From an uncultured Gemmatimonadales bacterium (GTDB lineage: Bacteria > Gemmatimonadota > Gemmatimonadetes > Longimicrobiales > RSA9): DNA of 64,000 nucleotides. The notes beneath the pieces are model-generated. The model made no database searches. It was not told the origin of the DNA and was given only the letters and a program-made list of their open reading frames with translations. This document shows, one piece after another, positions 44,117-56,381 of the stretch. The stretch spans positions 928,001 through 992,000 of the forward strand of contig CAWCRS010000003.1 in NCBI GenBank assembly GCA_963798085.1, written 5' to 3'. Position 1 is the first letter of the stretch. The number at the start of each line of letters is the position of its first letter. The position numbers and the translations under genes are program-made.

Positions 44117-45965
44117 TCAGTCCACCCGCGTCCCCCCGCCCGGCGCCCACCCCGAACGAAGGATCACCCACCCAACAGCCGCCGCGACCGTCGAGCCGGC
44201 GAGAATGCTCAGCTTCGCCAGGGAGAGCGTGGCCGCATCCGGATAGGCCATGCCGGCGATGAAGAAGGCCATGGTGAAGCCGATGCCGCAGAGGAACGCG
44301 GCGCCGATGAGCTGCGGCCAGCGAATATCCTCGGGCATCGTGGCGACGCCGGTGCGGGCCGCCAGCCAGGCGCCGAGCGCCAACCCGAGCGGCTTGCCAA
44401 GCAGCAGACCGAGCGCAATGCCGAGGCTGACGGGCTCGAGGAAATCGCTTAGGTGCACAGACAGCGGAACACCCGCGTTAGCGAAGGCGAACACGGGCAG
44501 CACGACGTACGCGGACCACGGTTGCAGGTTGCGCGCGAGTCGCTGGGCAGGGGAGAGCAGGCGCTCGGCAATGCCCTCGAGCGCGCGCACTGCGGCCTGG
44601 TAGCGGACTTCGCTGGCTTCGCCCGTGGCCGGCGCCTCGATGCTGAGGAGCACCGATTCGGTCTGTCCCAGCAGCGCGGCGGCGTTGGGTGCGGCGCGCG
44701 TCGGAATGGCGAAGGCGAGCAGCACGCCCGCCAGCGTGGGGTGCACGCCGGAGTGCAGCACAGCGAGCCAGAGCAGGATGCCCACCAGCGCGTAGGGCAG
44801 TGCGCGATAGACGCGCGCGCGATTGAGTCCCAGCGTGAAGCCCCAGAGCAGCGCCGCGACACCGAGGCTCATCAGCGAGATCCTCGACGCGTAGAAGAGC
44901 GCGATCACGAGGATCGAGCCCACGTCGTCGGCAATGGCGGCGGCGGCAACGAACACGCGCAGCGAAAGCGGCACGCGCCGGCCGAGCAGCGCCAGCAGCC
45001 CGAGCGCGAACGCGGTGTCCGTACCCATGGGCACGCCCCAGCCGTGGGCCGCGGGTCCGTTGGCATTGAACAGCAGGTAGATGAGCGCCGGGAAGAGCAT
45101 GCCGGCGGCGGCGGCGATCAGCGGCAACGCCGCCCGCCGTGGCGTGTTGAGGTCCCCGACCGTGATCTCGCGGCGGATCTCGAGGCCGACCACCAGGAAG
45201 AAGATCACGATCAGGCCGTCGTTAACCCAGTGTTCGAGTGTCAGCTCGAGCGCCCGCCGGCCGAATCCGATGGCGAGGCGTGTTTCCCAGATCCCGCGAT
45301 AGGCATCGGCCCACGGTGAGTTGGCCCACACGAGTGCGATAACGACGGCGAGCAGCATGAGCAGGCCGCTCGAGGTGGAGAGGCCGGCGAACTGTTCGGC
45401 GAGCAGCCGGATGCGCCAGCCCAGTGGTTTGCGCACGGCATCGACCAGGGACTCCACATCCCACGGTCCATCGTAGCGCCGGGTATCGACGAAGAAGGTG
45501 GGCGTGGCGCTGGCGCCGCTGCGCTCGGCGCTGGCCACGTCCTCAGCGATGCGCGCGGCAAAGCTGTGCCCGTCGAGATCGCGGACGAAGCGCTCCGTGT
45601 CGAGGCCGATCTCGGCCGCAGCCATGACCAGCCCATCGCGGTCGATCTCACCCTGGTGCGTGAACAGGTACTCGTGCATTTCCCAGAACTTGTCCTGCGC
45701 ACCCGCCGCTTCCGCAGCCTCCGCCGCTAACTGTGCGTTGGGATGTACCCGCCGGTTGGGCAGATGCCGGAAGACGTACCGCAGCTGACCGGGCATGCGC
45801 TCGTCGCGCACCCGCTTGAATGCCGCGATGTGCGCGCCGGCAGTACGGGCATTCGTAATCGCCGTACTCGACGAGCGTGACGGGCGCTGCGAACGGGCCC
45901 GAGATGTGATCACGCTTCGCGTCGACCGGTGGCCACAGCCGGCCGGCCCTGTCTTCCGCATTCAT
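44117..45965 (-). CDS. nhaA: Na+/H+ antiporter NhaA with N-terminal DsbA-like domain (one frameshift near 45820)
   Basis: [11 protein letters not shown] thioredoxin domain, then [27 protein letters not shown] and CGIGFTMA. Confidence 0.9.
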
Positions 45966-47044
45966 GGGTCGATCATCCACTGCGCACGGGCGGGGGTCAA
46001 GCCCGGGTGCAGGTGAGGTCGGGTGCCTTCGCGATGGCGCTGTTGCCGTCAGCCGGAGGAGCAGGCGACGACGGGTGGTCCAGCAGCCTTCGCTCCGGCA
46101 GCCGCTCCGCACGGGAAGGGCGGGCGCGGGACGAGCATCGTCGCCTGACATCCGGTCCGGCTGGCAAAGACGGTCCGCCAACCGTGCCGATTGACGCGCC
46201 GCTCACCACGGGTGAAGCTGCGATTGCCGCCCGTGGCCACGCGACCTCACCGTTTACGGGACAGACGCGCGCGCGAAACGACAGACATGCGAGCCACCTG
46301 CTGTCACGACACCGGCACGGCGGCATTCGCCGGCGCAGCCCAGCGGGTCCGTCCGCCCGCTGCCTAACAGCCTGCAAGGGCGGGCGCGCACGAGCGGATA
46401 ACGCGGACTGCGCTTCGGCGGCCGCTTCATCACGCGCTGACGACGGCATCGCTTCGGGATCTGCTGCGCCAATGGTCACGGTCGCGTGGGACCTGCGCGC
46501 ACTCTTGCCGCGATCGGCATCACGACGACTCTGGCGGCAGGGTTGGCGGGCGCGCGCGGGCTCCCATGGTGACACGCCAGCGACTTCGGTGATCGAACCT
46601 GATGCGCGTGCCCGCTCGACGGCCGTTGGGCTCGGCCTCCGCAGCACTTCGCTCCTGATGACACAACGGTGCGCAGCAGCAACCAGCGCGGGGGAGATCA
46701 GGCACTTCGCCAGGCCGTGCAACCGCCGCTACCCGGCGTTTCCCGGCAACGGCAAGGACACGCTCTGCCACCCATCATGCTGCATTGAGGGCGCACCTGA
46801 GGCGCGCCCCGGCCATCTCGCGGGTGCGCGGATCTCTGCGTAGCGACACGATATAGGTGACCGACCTCGCAACCCGAAACGGCGGCAGTCTTGCATCCTG
46901 CGTTATCGGGAGCGTTGGCCCGACGTGCGAGGCGCCGCCGGATGTTGCATATTGTCCGAACAACGCGCCGGTCGGGATAGCCGGCCACGGACCGATCGCT
47001 GAAGGGACGCGGCAGGAGCCCCACCCTTCGCATCCGGGAGATCC

Positions 47045-48277
47045 ATGGCCACGCTATCCATCGACCCGCACGTCGCCGGGCGGCCCACTGAGGCGGGCGC
47101 CGCCACGCATCGGCTGGACCCGCCGCACGCGCCCCACCGTCGTCGTTCGGGAATTCCCGCGTTCCTGCAGCTCGCGTTGCGCGCCAGCCGTCATTTCTGG
47201 CGCAACCGCCGCTACTACACACTTCGCAAGCTGCTCAACATCGGATTGATCGAACTGCAGTACCGATTCAAACGCGAGCATGTGTACGGCCGGCCGTACG
47301 CAGTAAAGATCGAGTCCACCAACCTCTGCAACACGCAGTGCCAGCTGTGTCCCACGGGGCTGCTGCTGCCCGGCCGGCGCAAAGGCACCATGGACTTCGA
47401 GCAGTTCCGCGGCCTGGTCGATCGCTTCAAGCCATGGACGCGAGAGATCGATCTCGCGATGTGGGGCGATCCGCTGATCGTGCGCGACATCTATCGCATG
47501 ATCCGCTACGCGCACGACGCTCGCATCTGGACCAGTGTCAGTTCGAACCTGCACGCCTTCCGGCCGGAGCTGGGCCATGCGCAGGCCATGATCGAGTCCG
47601 GCCTGGATGAGCTGCTGTGTTCGCTGCACGGCGCGACTCAGGCGACGTTCGAGAAATACCAGCCGCGCAAGCAGCTGGCGCCACTGCTCGAGCGCATCAG
47701 AATGCTGCAGGACCAGAAGCAGACGATGCGCAGTCGCACGCCCATCGTGCGCCTGCACTTCGTGGTGACGCGTGCCAACGAGCATGAGATGGCTGCGTTC
47801 CGCGATCTGGCCGATGGGCTCGGCTGCACCGCGATATTCTCCAATCCCTCGCTGAACATTCGTTTCGCCGAGCTGCAGCGGAAAGGCAGGCAGAGCAGAG
47901 ACCAAGCGACCTCTGCTGGACACAGCGATGCGCGCGCCGTCATGGAACGCTGGCTGCCGCAGAATGAAGCGTTTGTGGATGAGGTCTACCGCCGCGTGCG
48001 GGCCGGCGCCCACTTCAATGGCGACTTCAACGGCCGAAAGCTGGTGAACTGCGACTGGCCCTGGCGCAGGGCTGTCATCAACTGGGACGGCTCGGTCGTG
48101 CCCTGCTGCGGTTCCTGGCACAAGAACGAAGAGCTGGGCAACGTCTTCCAGCAGTCCTGGCGCGAGATCTGGAACGGGCGGGCCTACCGCATGGCCAGGC
48201 GCAGCTTCCGCCACCGCGTCGAGGCGCCACAAGGTTACAACAATCCCTGCCGCAACTGCCCGGGCATAATGCCGTAG
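47045..48277 (+). CDS. Radical SAM protein with SPASM/twitch domain
   Basis: CNTQCQLC (CX3CX2C); C-terminal CDWPW, VVPCC, LGNV and CRNC. Confidence 0.88.
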   Translation: MATLSIDPHVAGRPTEAGAATHRLDPPHAPHRRRSGIPAFLQLALRASRHFWRNRRYYTLRKLLNIGLIELQYRFKREHVYGRPYAVKIESTNLCNTQCQLCPTGLLLPGRRKGTMDFEQFRGLVDRFKPWTREIDLAMWGDPLIVRDIYRMIRYAHDARIWTSVSSNLHAFRPELGHAQAMIESGLDELLCSLHGATQATFEKYQPRKQLAPLLERIRMLQDQKQTMRSRTPIVRLHFVVTRANEHEMAAFRDLADGLGCTAIFSNPSLNIRFAELQRKGRQSRDQATSAGHSDARAVMERWLPQNEAFVDEVYRRVRAGAHFNGDFNGRKLVNCDWPWRRAVINWDGSVVPCCGSWHKNEELGNVFQQSWREIWNGRAYRMARRSFRHRVEAPQGYNNPCRNCPGIMP

Positions 48278-48488
48278 TCGTTTCTGGGGCTCGGGCTGGG
48301 GCTGGGGCCAACGACAACGGACGACGGCGGGCACCAGCCGCTCTTTCTTCTGCGGCCGCGCGTCATCCGCCGACGCCACGCAATTCCTGAGGAAGCTTCA
48401 CACTTCTGCCACAGTCGGCAGTAGCGCGGGCGCTCTTGTTTCGATGAGCTTCACTCGGTCAAGGAGCCCACCGAAGAGGGAGGTCCGC

Positions 48489-50934
48489 GTGCTGAACGGA
48501 TTCCGCCTGCTCGTCCGCCGCCTGGTCATGACGCCCGGTTACTCCATCGCGTTCATCCTCACACTTGGCCTCGCCATCGGCATCAACACGGCCATCTTCA
48601 GCGTGCTCGACGGCGTGCTGCTGACGCCACTGCCGTACACGAATTCGGAGCGACTCGTCTACCTGCAGCAGCCGGCGCAGCTGCGTGGCATTACCAACGG
48701 CAGTTTCTCGTTCGCCGAAGTCCAGGATTACCGGGAGGCGGCGCACACAGTCGACGCGATTGTGGAGTACGGCGACGTGACGTTCAGCGTAGTGGGCGAG
48801 GGCGAACCGCACCGGGCGATTGGCGGTGTAGTGACGTCCAACTACTTCGATGTGCTCGGTCTGCGCGCCGAGCTGGGCCGCACGCTGCGACCCGAAGACG
48901 ATGGCACGGACGCATTGCCCGCGATGGTGCTGACACACGATTACTGGCTCAATGCCTTCGGTGGCGATCCATCGGTAATCGACAAGACCGTGAAGCTGTA
49001 CGCGTTCAACACGCCGAAAGAGGCACACATCGTGGGTGTGCTGCGGCCCGGTCCGCTCTACACGGGTTCGCGGCGCCAGGATTTCTTCGCCAACTACGCG
49101 TCGAACTCGCACTACGGCGGGGCGTCCATGCTGAACGAGCGCACGCACCGCATGACGGACATCTTCGCCCGCCTCGCACCCGGACAGAGCGTGCGGTCGG
49201 CGCAGGCGGAGCTGAAGTCGCTGAGCGACGGCCTGCACAAGCAGTATCCGGAAGCCTATCCCGCGTCGTTCGGTTACACGGTGACGGTGGACTCCTGGCG
49301 CGAGGAGCTGACGCGTCAGGCGAAGCCCACGCTGCTGGTGCTGACCGGCGCGGTCGCGCTGGTGCTGCTGCTGGCGTGCGCCAATGTGGCCAACCTGACG
49401 CTGACGCGTCTGGTGCGCCGGGAAAGGGAGCTTTCCGTGCGCGCGGCGCTGGGCGCCGGCGTCACGCGGCTGCGTCTCGAGCTGCTGGCGGACAACCTGG
49501 TGCTGGCGACGGCGGGCGCGGTGCTGGGCCTGGCGCTGGCCAGTGCGAGCCGCTCACTCCTGGTGCAGTACGCGAGCCGCTTCACCGTGCGCACCGATGA
49601 GATCGGGATCAACACCACCGTGCTCCTGTTCACGCTGCTGGTGTCGACAGCGGTGGCGGCACTGCTCGCGTGGACGCCAAGGCTGCCCGGCACGGGTGGC
49701 CTGGGCTCCGCGGCGGGCGCGGCCAGCAGCGCTCGCGGCACCGCGGGTCTGCCGCGCAAGCAGCTGCAGCGCGGACTTGTCGTAAGTCAGCTGGCGCTAT
49801 GCTTCACGCTGCTGGTGGGCGCCGGTCTCATGGTCCGCACACTGTTCAATCTGAGCCACGTCGATCCCGGCCTCGCGTACCAGAGCGTAGTGTCCGTGGA
49901 TGTGCCCACCACGGGGAACAGGAGCATGGCGGACAACGTCGCGTTCATGGACAATCTCACGGATCGTGCCCGCCACTTCCCCGGCGTGCTCAATGCCGCA
50001 TACACCAGCCGTGTGCCGTTCACGCAGACCAACCTGCTCCGGTTCGCGTTCAGGGTGGAGGACCGGGAAGATGGTGAAGTGGCAAGCCCGGCCACGACCA
50101 TGACCACCGTCAGCCCCACGTACTTTCAGACCGTGGGTATCCGCATTCTGCGCGGGCGCTCGTTCAATGGAAGCGATGTTACCGGTGCCGAGCCCGTGGT
50201 AATCATCAACCAGTCGCTTGCCCGGCGCCTGTTTCCCGCGCAGGAAGCGGTGGGCAGGCGTCTCGCCCAGCAGCAGGGCAACGGGCAGTGGGGTCCCTGG
50301 CAGCGCATTGTGGGCGTGACTGCGGACACGCACGAGCAGGACATGACGCTGGCCGAGACTAACATGCTGTTCAAACCGGTGGCACAGGCGTTCCCGGGCC
50401 AGAGCATCGTGCTGCGCACGGCCGGCGATGCTTCGCCTGCACTGAAACAGCTGTCCGGCCTGGTGCGGCAGATCGATCCCGAGCGTCCCGTCGACAACAT
50501 CCGGACGCTGGAAGGTTTGCGCTACGAGGACCTGGCGCCACCTCGCCTGAATGCCACGCTGTTCATCGCCTTCGGCGCACTCGCGCTCCTCATTGCGGCC
50601 GTGGGCGTATTCGGCGTGCTGTCCTTCACCGTAAGCCAGCGCACGCGCGAGTTCGGCGTCCGCATGGCCATCGGCGCGCGCAAGGAACAGGTGCTGCAAA
50701 TGGTGCTGCGCGAGGGCGGGGTACTGGTGGCGCTGGCGCTGATCGCGGGCGGCATCGGTGCGTTTGCGCTCTCGCACTTCCTGAGCGGCCTGCTGTTCCG
50801 CGTGGCGCCCGGCGACGCAGTCACGTACAGCGTGGTCGGCACTTCTGCTGGTGGCCGTGGCATTGACGGCGACGTGGCTGCCGGCCCGGCGGGCCACGCG
50901 CGTGAACCCCACCGACGCCCTGCGCACCGACTGA
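48489..50934 (+). CDS. ADOP-family ABC permease (late frameshift)
   Basis: LTLGLAIGINTAIFS, ACANVANL and QRTREFGVRMAIGA. Shifted frame ends PARRATRVNPTDALRTD*. Confidence 0.92.
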
Positions 50935-51148
50935 TGCCACTCGGGGGGCGTGCGCCGGTCCCGGCCGCGCACGCCCCTGCACCAGTCCCCGGTGCCGGGC
51001 CCGCCTCGCTACGCCTTCCGTACGGGCCTTTCTGTCAAGGTCGCGTGAGAAGCCGTCGAACATCAGATGGATGAAGCGTATGCAAGCCGGTCCCGAGGGG
51101 TGGCCGGCAGACACGCGTGCGGCCAGGGCCTACCGCTGATGACGACAA

Positions 51149-54100
51149 ATGCCGGACAGGCAGGTTGTGGCAGGGTGTAGCGGGCGGTTTGCCCGGCGCG
51201 CCCTGCGCGCTCGCGTGCGCACGCGACTCCTGTCTGCCGCGCTGATGATCGCGGCGAGCGCCGGCACGGCCGCCGCGCAGATGGTCAACTTTCGCAACTA
51301 CACGCGGAACGAAGGCCTGCCACAGGCGCAGGTGCTGGGCATTCATCAGGACCAGCAGGGCTATATCTGGTTCGCGACCTATGGCGGCGTGAGCCGGTTC
51401 AACGGCGCGGATTTCCAGACGTGGACCAAGGACCAGGGCCTCTCGTCCAACTCGGTGTTCGATGTCGCCGAGGACGCGCAGGGACGCATGCTGCTGGCCA
51501 CGTCCGGCGGGCTGTGCGTCCAGCAGACCAGCCGCTTCCAGTGCTACCGCCAACGCGATGGACTGGCCAATGACAATGCGCGCAGCGTCATGCCGGACGC
51601 CGCGGGTGGCATTCGGGTCGGCACGCAGCAGGGTCTTTCGTACCTGAAAGCCGGCCGCATCCGCAACTACACCACGGCCGATGGCCTGCCCGCCGATCGC
51701 GTGAATCGCGTGGCCATGGACTCGAAGGGCAGCGTCTGGGTCGCCACCGAGCAGGGCCTGGCGCACTTCGATGGCCAACGCTTCACGGCAGATTCGCCGG
51801 AGAACTTCGGGCAGGCGACGGTGCGGTTCATCGTGCCGTCGGAACAGGGGCTGCTGGTGGGCACCGATGCGGGTCTGTTCTGGCGTCGCGACGACGGCGT
51901 GTCGCCGCTGGCGCAGGTCGAGTTCCCGGCGGGTGCGGGACCCGTGGATGCCGCCATCGACCGCAACGGCATCATCTGGGTGGCCACGACTAACGGTGCG
52001 TTAAGGATCCAGGGCGGACAGGTGGAGCGGCTCACACGCGCCAACGGCCTGCTGACCGACCTCGTGAACCGTGTGACCATCGATCGCGAAGGCGATGTCT
52101 GGTTCGGCACCGAGAGCGGCGCCAGCAAGCACGTGCCTGGCCCGTTCAGCACGTACACGGTGATGGAGGGTCTGCCGCACGACTTCGTGCGCGCGCTCGA
52201 GCTGGACGACCGGGGCCGCCTCTGGGCGGGCACACGCAACGGCGTTGCCGTGCGGGACGGCGGGCAGTTCCACACCATCGACCTGACGGGCGCACCCGAC
52301 GTGCGCGTGTACGCGCTGACGCACCTTCAGGGCGAGGGCATGCTCATCGGCACGCGCCGCGGACTGATCCTCTACGATGGTCACTTGCGCCGCGTATACA
52401 CGCGCGAGGATGGCCTGCCCGGCGACGTGGTCTACAGCCTGCTGCGCGACACGCGAGGCACCATCTGGATCGGGACGGAGCGCGGACTGGCGAGGTGGGA
52501 GTCGGGACGCATCGTGCCGGACCTGCATCCGGAGCTTGCCGGCATCGGCTTCATCAGCCTGGCACAGGACCGCGCGGGTCGCGTCTGGCTGGGCCGCCTC
52601 TCGGGCGGCGTCGCCATTCTCCACGGCGACTCCGTGTCGCTGCTCGGGCCGGCGCAGGGCGCCACCGATCAGACCGTCTGGTCGATGGCCGAAGATGCCG
52701 AGGGCCGCATGTGGGTGGGCACCAACGGCGACGGCGCGCTGCGCATGGGACCTGACGGCATCAGGCACTACACGACGCGCCAGGGACTGGCGAGCGATTT
52801 CATCTGGCAGGTGCTGCCCGACTCGCGTGGCGATCTCTGGCTGTTCGGCAACGACGGGCTGGACCGCTTCGCCGGCGAACACATCACGCACTACGATCGC
52901 GGCAGCGGCCTGCCGGAGCTGGAAGGCAGCGCCAACGCCGCCCACGACGATGGGGACGGCAACCTCTGGTTCGGCACCGGCTCCGGCCTGGTCCGGTATG
53001 TCCGCGGCCTGGATCGGGCGCCCGCCATGGCGCCGCCCGTTTATGTCGAGGGCCTGACCCAGGACGGCGAACCGGTGGCCACCGAGGCGTCGCGGCTGCG
53101 GCTGCACCGCGGCGCGCTGCAGATCCACTTCGCGTCCCCCACGTTCCGCGATGAAGCCTCGGTGCGCTTCCGCTATCGGCTGGTGGGCGCGGGAGCGAAC
53201 AACGCCTGGTCGCCACCCACATCGGAACGCCGCATCACGTACGCGGGTCTGGGCGCCGGCCACTACCGCTTCGAGGTGCAAGCCGAGAATCTCGGCGTAG
53301 AGAGCCGCGCCCCGGCCATGATGAGCTTCGCCGTCCTGCCGGCGTTCTGGCAGACGTGGTGGTTCACGCTGTCCGCGCTGCTGCTGCTGATTGCCGCGGC
53401 CGTCGCCGTGCCCGTGGTGCGGGCGCGTGGACTGGAACGCGAGAAGCAGAGGCTGGAAGCCGTCGTCGCCCATCACACGCGTGAGCTGGCGGACAAGAAC
53501 GACCGGCTCGAGCAGTCGAACCGCGATCTCGAGCATTTCGCCTACGTCGCGTCGCACGACCTGCAGGAGCCGCTGCGCAAGATCCAGGCGTTCTCCGACC
53601 GCGTGTCGCGACAGTACGCGCCACAGCTCGACGATCAGGGCCGAGACTTCCTGTCGCGCATGAGCAATGCGGCCGCGCGCATGCAGCGGCTGATCGACGA
53701 TCTGCTCAGCCTGTCGCGCGTGTCGACCCGCCCTGGCAAGAAGCAGCCCGTGGACCTCGCCGTTCTGGCGCAGGAAGTGGTGGGCGACCTCGAGTTCCGC
53801 ATTCAGTCGACGCGCGGCCGCGTCGAGATTGGCGACCTGCCGACCATCACCGCCGATCCCGTGCAGATGCGACAGGTCTTCCAGAACCTGATCGGCAACG
53901 CGCTCAAGTTCCACCGCCCGGAAGAACCACCCGTCGTGCGCGTGAGCGCGCTGGCCGTCGGCCCGAACAGGATCGAGCTGCGCTTCGAGGACAACGGCAT
54001 CGGCTTCGAGCCGAAGGACGCGGACAAGGTGTTCCTGCCCTTCCAGCGACTGCACAGCCGGGCCCAGTACGAAGGCACGGGCATCGGACTCACAATCTGC

Positions 54101-54221
54101 CAGAAGATCGTCGAGCGACACGGCGGATCGATCCGCGCGCTCGAGCACGCCCGGCAAGGGCTCGCAGTTCCTGGTGACCCTGCCCGTCCACGAAACGCAG
54201 GAGATGAACCATGCCGCGTGA
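51149..54221 (+). CDS. Sensor histidine kinase with periplasmic beta-propeller and YYY domains (late frameshift)
   Basis: Repeated GL....V..I..D..G..W.(A/G)T units, one TM, H-box YVASHDLQEPLRKI, NLIGNALKF, DNGIG and GTGIGL. Confidence 0.92.
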
Positions 54222-54681
54222 GGGCCACGAATCCATCGCCATCCTCATGGCGGACGACGACGCGGATGATCGCATGCTGGCGCATGACGCCATGGTCGAG
54301 AGCCGGCTGTGCAACTGCATGCGCTTCGTGGAGGATGGGCAGGAGCTGATGGACTATCTCCGGCGCGAAGGCCGCTTCGCGCGTGAGGAAGCGCCCACGC
54401 CCGGCCTCATTCTGCTCGACCTCAACATGCCGCGGAAGGACGGACGGCAGGCGCTGCAGGAGATCAAGAGCGATCCCGCGCTGCGACGCATTCCGGTCGT
54501 CGTGCTGACCACGTCGAAGGCGGAAGAGGACATCCTGCGCACCTACGACCTCGGCGCCAACTCGTTCATTGCGAAGCCCGTCACGTTCGAACGGCTGGTC
54601 GAGATCGTGCGCACGCTCGGACTCTACTGGTTCAACATCGTGCAGCTGCCCGGCGGCCGGAGCGCCGCGGCGCATGGATAA
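54211..54681 (+). CDS. Single-domain response regulator (Rcp1-like)
   Basis: ILMADDD, LILLDLNMPRKDG, VVLTTS and ANSFIAKP. Confidence 0.92.
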   Translation: MPREGHESIAILMADDDADDRMLAHDAMVESRLCNCMRFVEDGQELMDYLRREGRFAREEAPTPGLILLDLNMPRKDGRQALQEIKSDPALRRIPVVVLTTSKAEEDILRTYDLGANSFIAKPVTFERLVEIVRTLGLYWFNIVQLPGGRSAAAHG

Positions 54682-55654
54682 CACGGCTGTTCGCGTCCTG
54701 CTGGTCGAGGACGACGAGGACGACTACGTCCTGACCCGCGACCTGCTGGCCGAGGGATACGCCGGTCGCTTTGCGCTGGACTGGGAGTCGGCGTACGTCG
54801 CCGGACTCGCCCGTCTGCTCGAGGGCCGCCACGACGTGGCCCTGCTGGATCACAACCTGGGCGCTCACACGGGCATCGAGCTGCTGCGCGAGGCGGCCGC
54901 GCAAGGCTGCGAGATTCCCATCATCATGCTGACCGGCCAATCCGATCGCGAAACGGATCTGCTGGCCATGCACGCGGGCGCCGCGGATTACCTCGTCAAA
55001 CGCGACGTTACACCGGGCCTGCTGGAGCGAGCCATCCGCTACGCGCGGGAGCGGCACCGCCTGCTCGAGGAGATCCGATCGCTCTCGCTGATCGATGAGC
55101 TGACCGGCCTGAGCAATCGCCGCGCCTTCTTCACCATGGGTGATCAACGGCTGCAGCTGCTCGAGCGCCGGGGCACGCCCTGCCTGCTGGTGTTCTTCGA
55201 CGTCGATGGCCTGAAGCAGGTCAATGACACCCGCGGCCACGAGGCGGGTGACCGTATGCTCGTGGACGCCGCACGCGTGCTGCGCCACACCTTCCGGCGC
55301 ACGGACCTGGTGGCGCGTATGGGCGGCGACGAATTCGTCGTGCTGGCCGATGACGCCGGCGACGACGACACGGAGATCCTGCTCACCCGCCTCGACGAGC
55401 AGATCGCGGAGCGTAATGGCGCACCGAACGCCGAGTATCGACTGTCGATCAGCGCAGGCGCAGTCGCATTCAAGGCGGGCGAGGACACGCGGCTGCAGGA
55501 TCTGGTGGCCGAAGCGGATACGCTGATGCTGCGCTGCAAGGCGGGGCGCAGCAGCCGCGGGCAACTGCAGTCCGGTGTGGAGACGACACTGGCGCCCTTC
55601 GCCGCCGTGCTCGCGTCCGCCACATTGCCGGAGACGCGGGCCGGCACCGCCTGA
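54674..55654 (+). CDS. REC-GGDEF diguanylate cyclase
   Basis: LLVEDD receiver domain; DELTGLSNRR, RRTD I-site and GGDEF active site. Confidence 0.92.
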   Translation: MDNTAVRVLLVEDDEDDYVLTRDLLAEGYAGRFALDWESAYVAGLARLLEGRHDVALLDHNLGAHTGIELLREAAAQGCEIPIIMLTGQSDRETDLLAMHAGAADYLVKRDVTPGLLERAIRYARERHRLLEEIRSLSLIDELTGLSNRRAFFTMGDQRLQLLERRGTPCLLVFFDVDGLKQVNDTRGHEAGDRMLVDAARVLRHTFRRTDLVARMGGDEFVVLADDAGDDDTEILLTRLDEQIAERNGAPNAEYRLSISAGAVAFKAGEDTRLQDLVAEADTLMLRCKAGRSSRGQLQSGVETTLAPFAAVLASATLPETRAGTA

Positions 55655-55769
55655 CTCCAGCCTTATCCCGGCCCTCGCTGGGCTGTATTTCAAACCCCTG
55701 ACAGCCTGTTCACAGCCGGCCAGCAGCTGCGTCAGTGCGGCGGGAAAGGTCGCGAATACCCATGCCCGG

Positions 55770-55807
55770 AAACACAAAGCCCCACGGCGGATTGACCGCC
55801 GTGGGGC
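55770..55807 (-). terminator. Rho-independent terminator
   Basis: 12-bp stem GCCCCACGGCGG/CCGCCGTGGGGC with a T-rich tail (TTTGTGTTT) on the minus strand. Confidence 0.8.
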
Positions 55808-55828
55808 CCGCGCTTCGATCGATTTGCT

Positions 55829-55960
55829 TCAGCGTGCGAGCTGGGTCGGGTTGGTGGGGTTGCCCGAATTCTTCGATACCAGGCGGACCAGGATCGTCAA
55901 CGGGCGAACCGACCAGACTGCGACAAGCACCCAGGCTGCAATGTTCGTGAAGTGTGACAT
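55829..55960 (-). CDS. Small hydrophobic peptide, 43 aa (not in ORF track)
   Basis: AGAGGAAG RBS; MSHFTNIAAWVLVAVWSVRPLTILVRLVSKNSGNPTNPTQLAR; terminator directly downstream. Confidence 0.55.
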   Translation of the reverse strand: MSHFTNIAAWVLVAVWSVRPLTILVRLVSKNSGNPTNPTQLAR

Positions 55961-56381
55961 TTCTTCCTCTATGACTTCAGCGCGGTCCCGGGTCGCGCGT
56001 GCGTGTTAGGTGGTTCCTGCAGCTCGTCTCACCCGAGGAGAGCGCAGCCATCAATACGAATGATGAGACCACCCGGTTCCAGGAACGGTTGCCATGGCCT
56101 GCTTCACCCCTGGGACTGGCGGAGTCCGGGTCCCGGCGAGCACCATTTCCGCCGTGCCGCGAGGCACTGGGGCCCGGCACCAGGTAAAGCGTGAAAGTCG
56201 CCGGATTCGCGACATTGGCGGCATTCCGCGGTCGCCCGGGCTGAGCACAGAAGGTTCGGCAGCTCTCACGGCCAGCTGAACGCCGGACGGCGGCGGCGGG
56301 TTCCCGGCGGACCCAACGAAGGCGGGTCGGCCGGCATCCTATTCCCGACCGCAACGCGCGCCACTACAACACGGTAAGCCC

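Noticed and set aside
45970..46850. Long ORFs between nhaA and the radical SAM gene, and other long antisense ORFs (e.g. 52001-54157, 58843-60621)
   Set aside because: No recognisable motifs; Arg/Ala/Pro-rich shadow ORFs are expected in high-GC DNA.
46857..47050. Cys-containing RiPP precursor for the radical SAM/SPASM enzyme
   Set aside because: The ORF runs deep into the rSAM gene, has no leader-like features, and no RRE or peptidase partner is evident.
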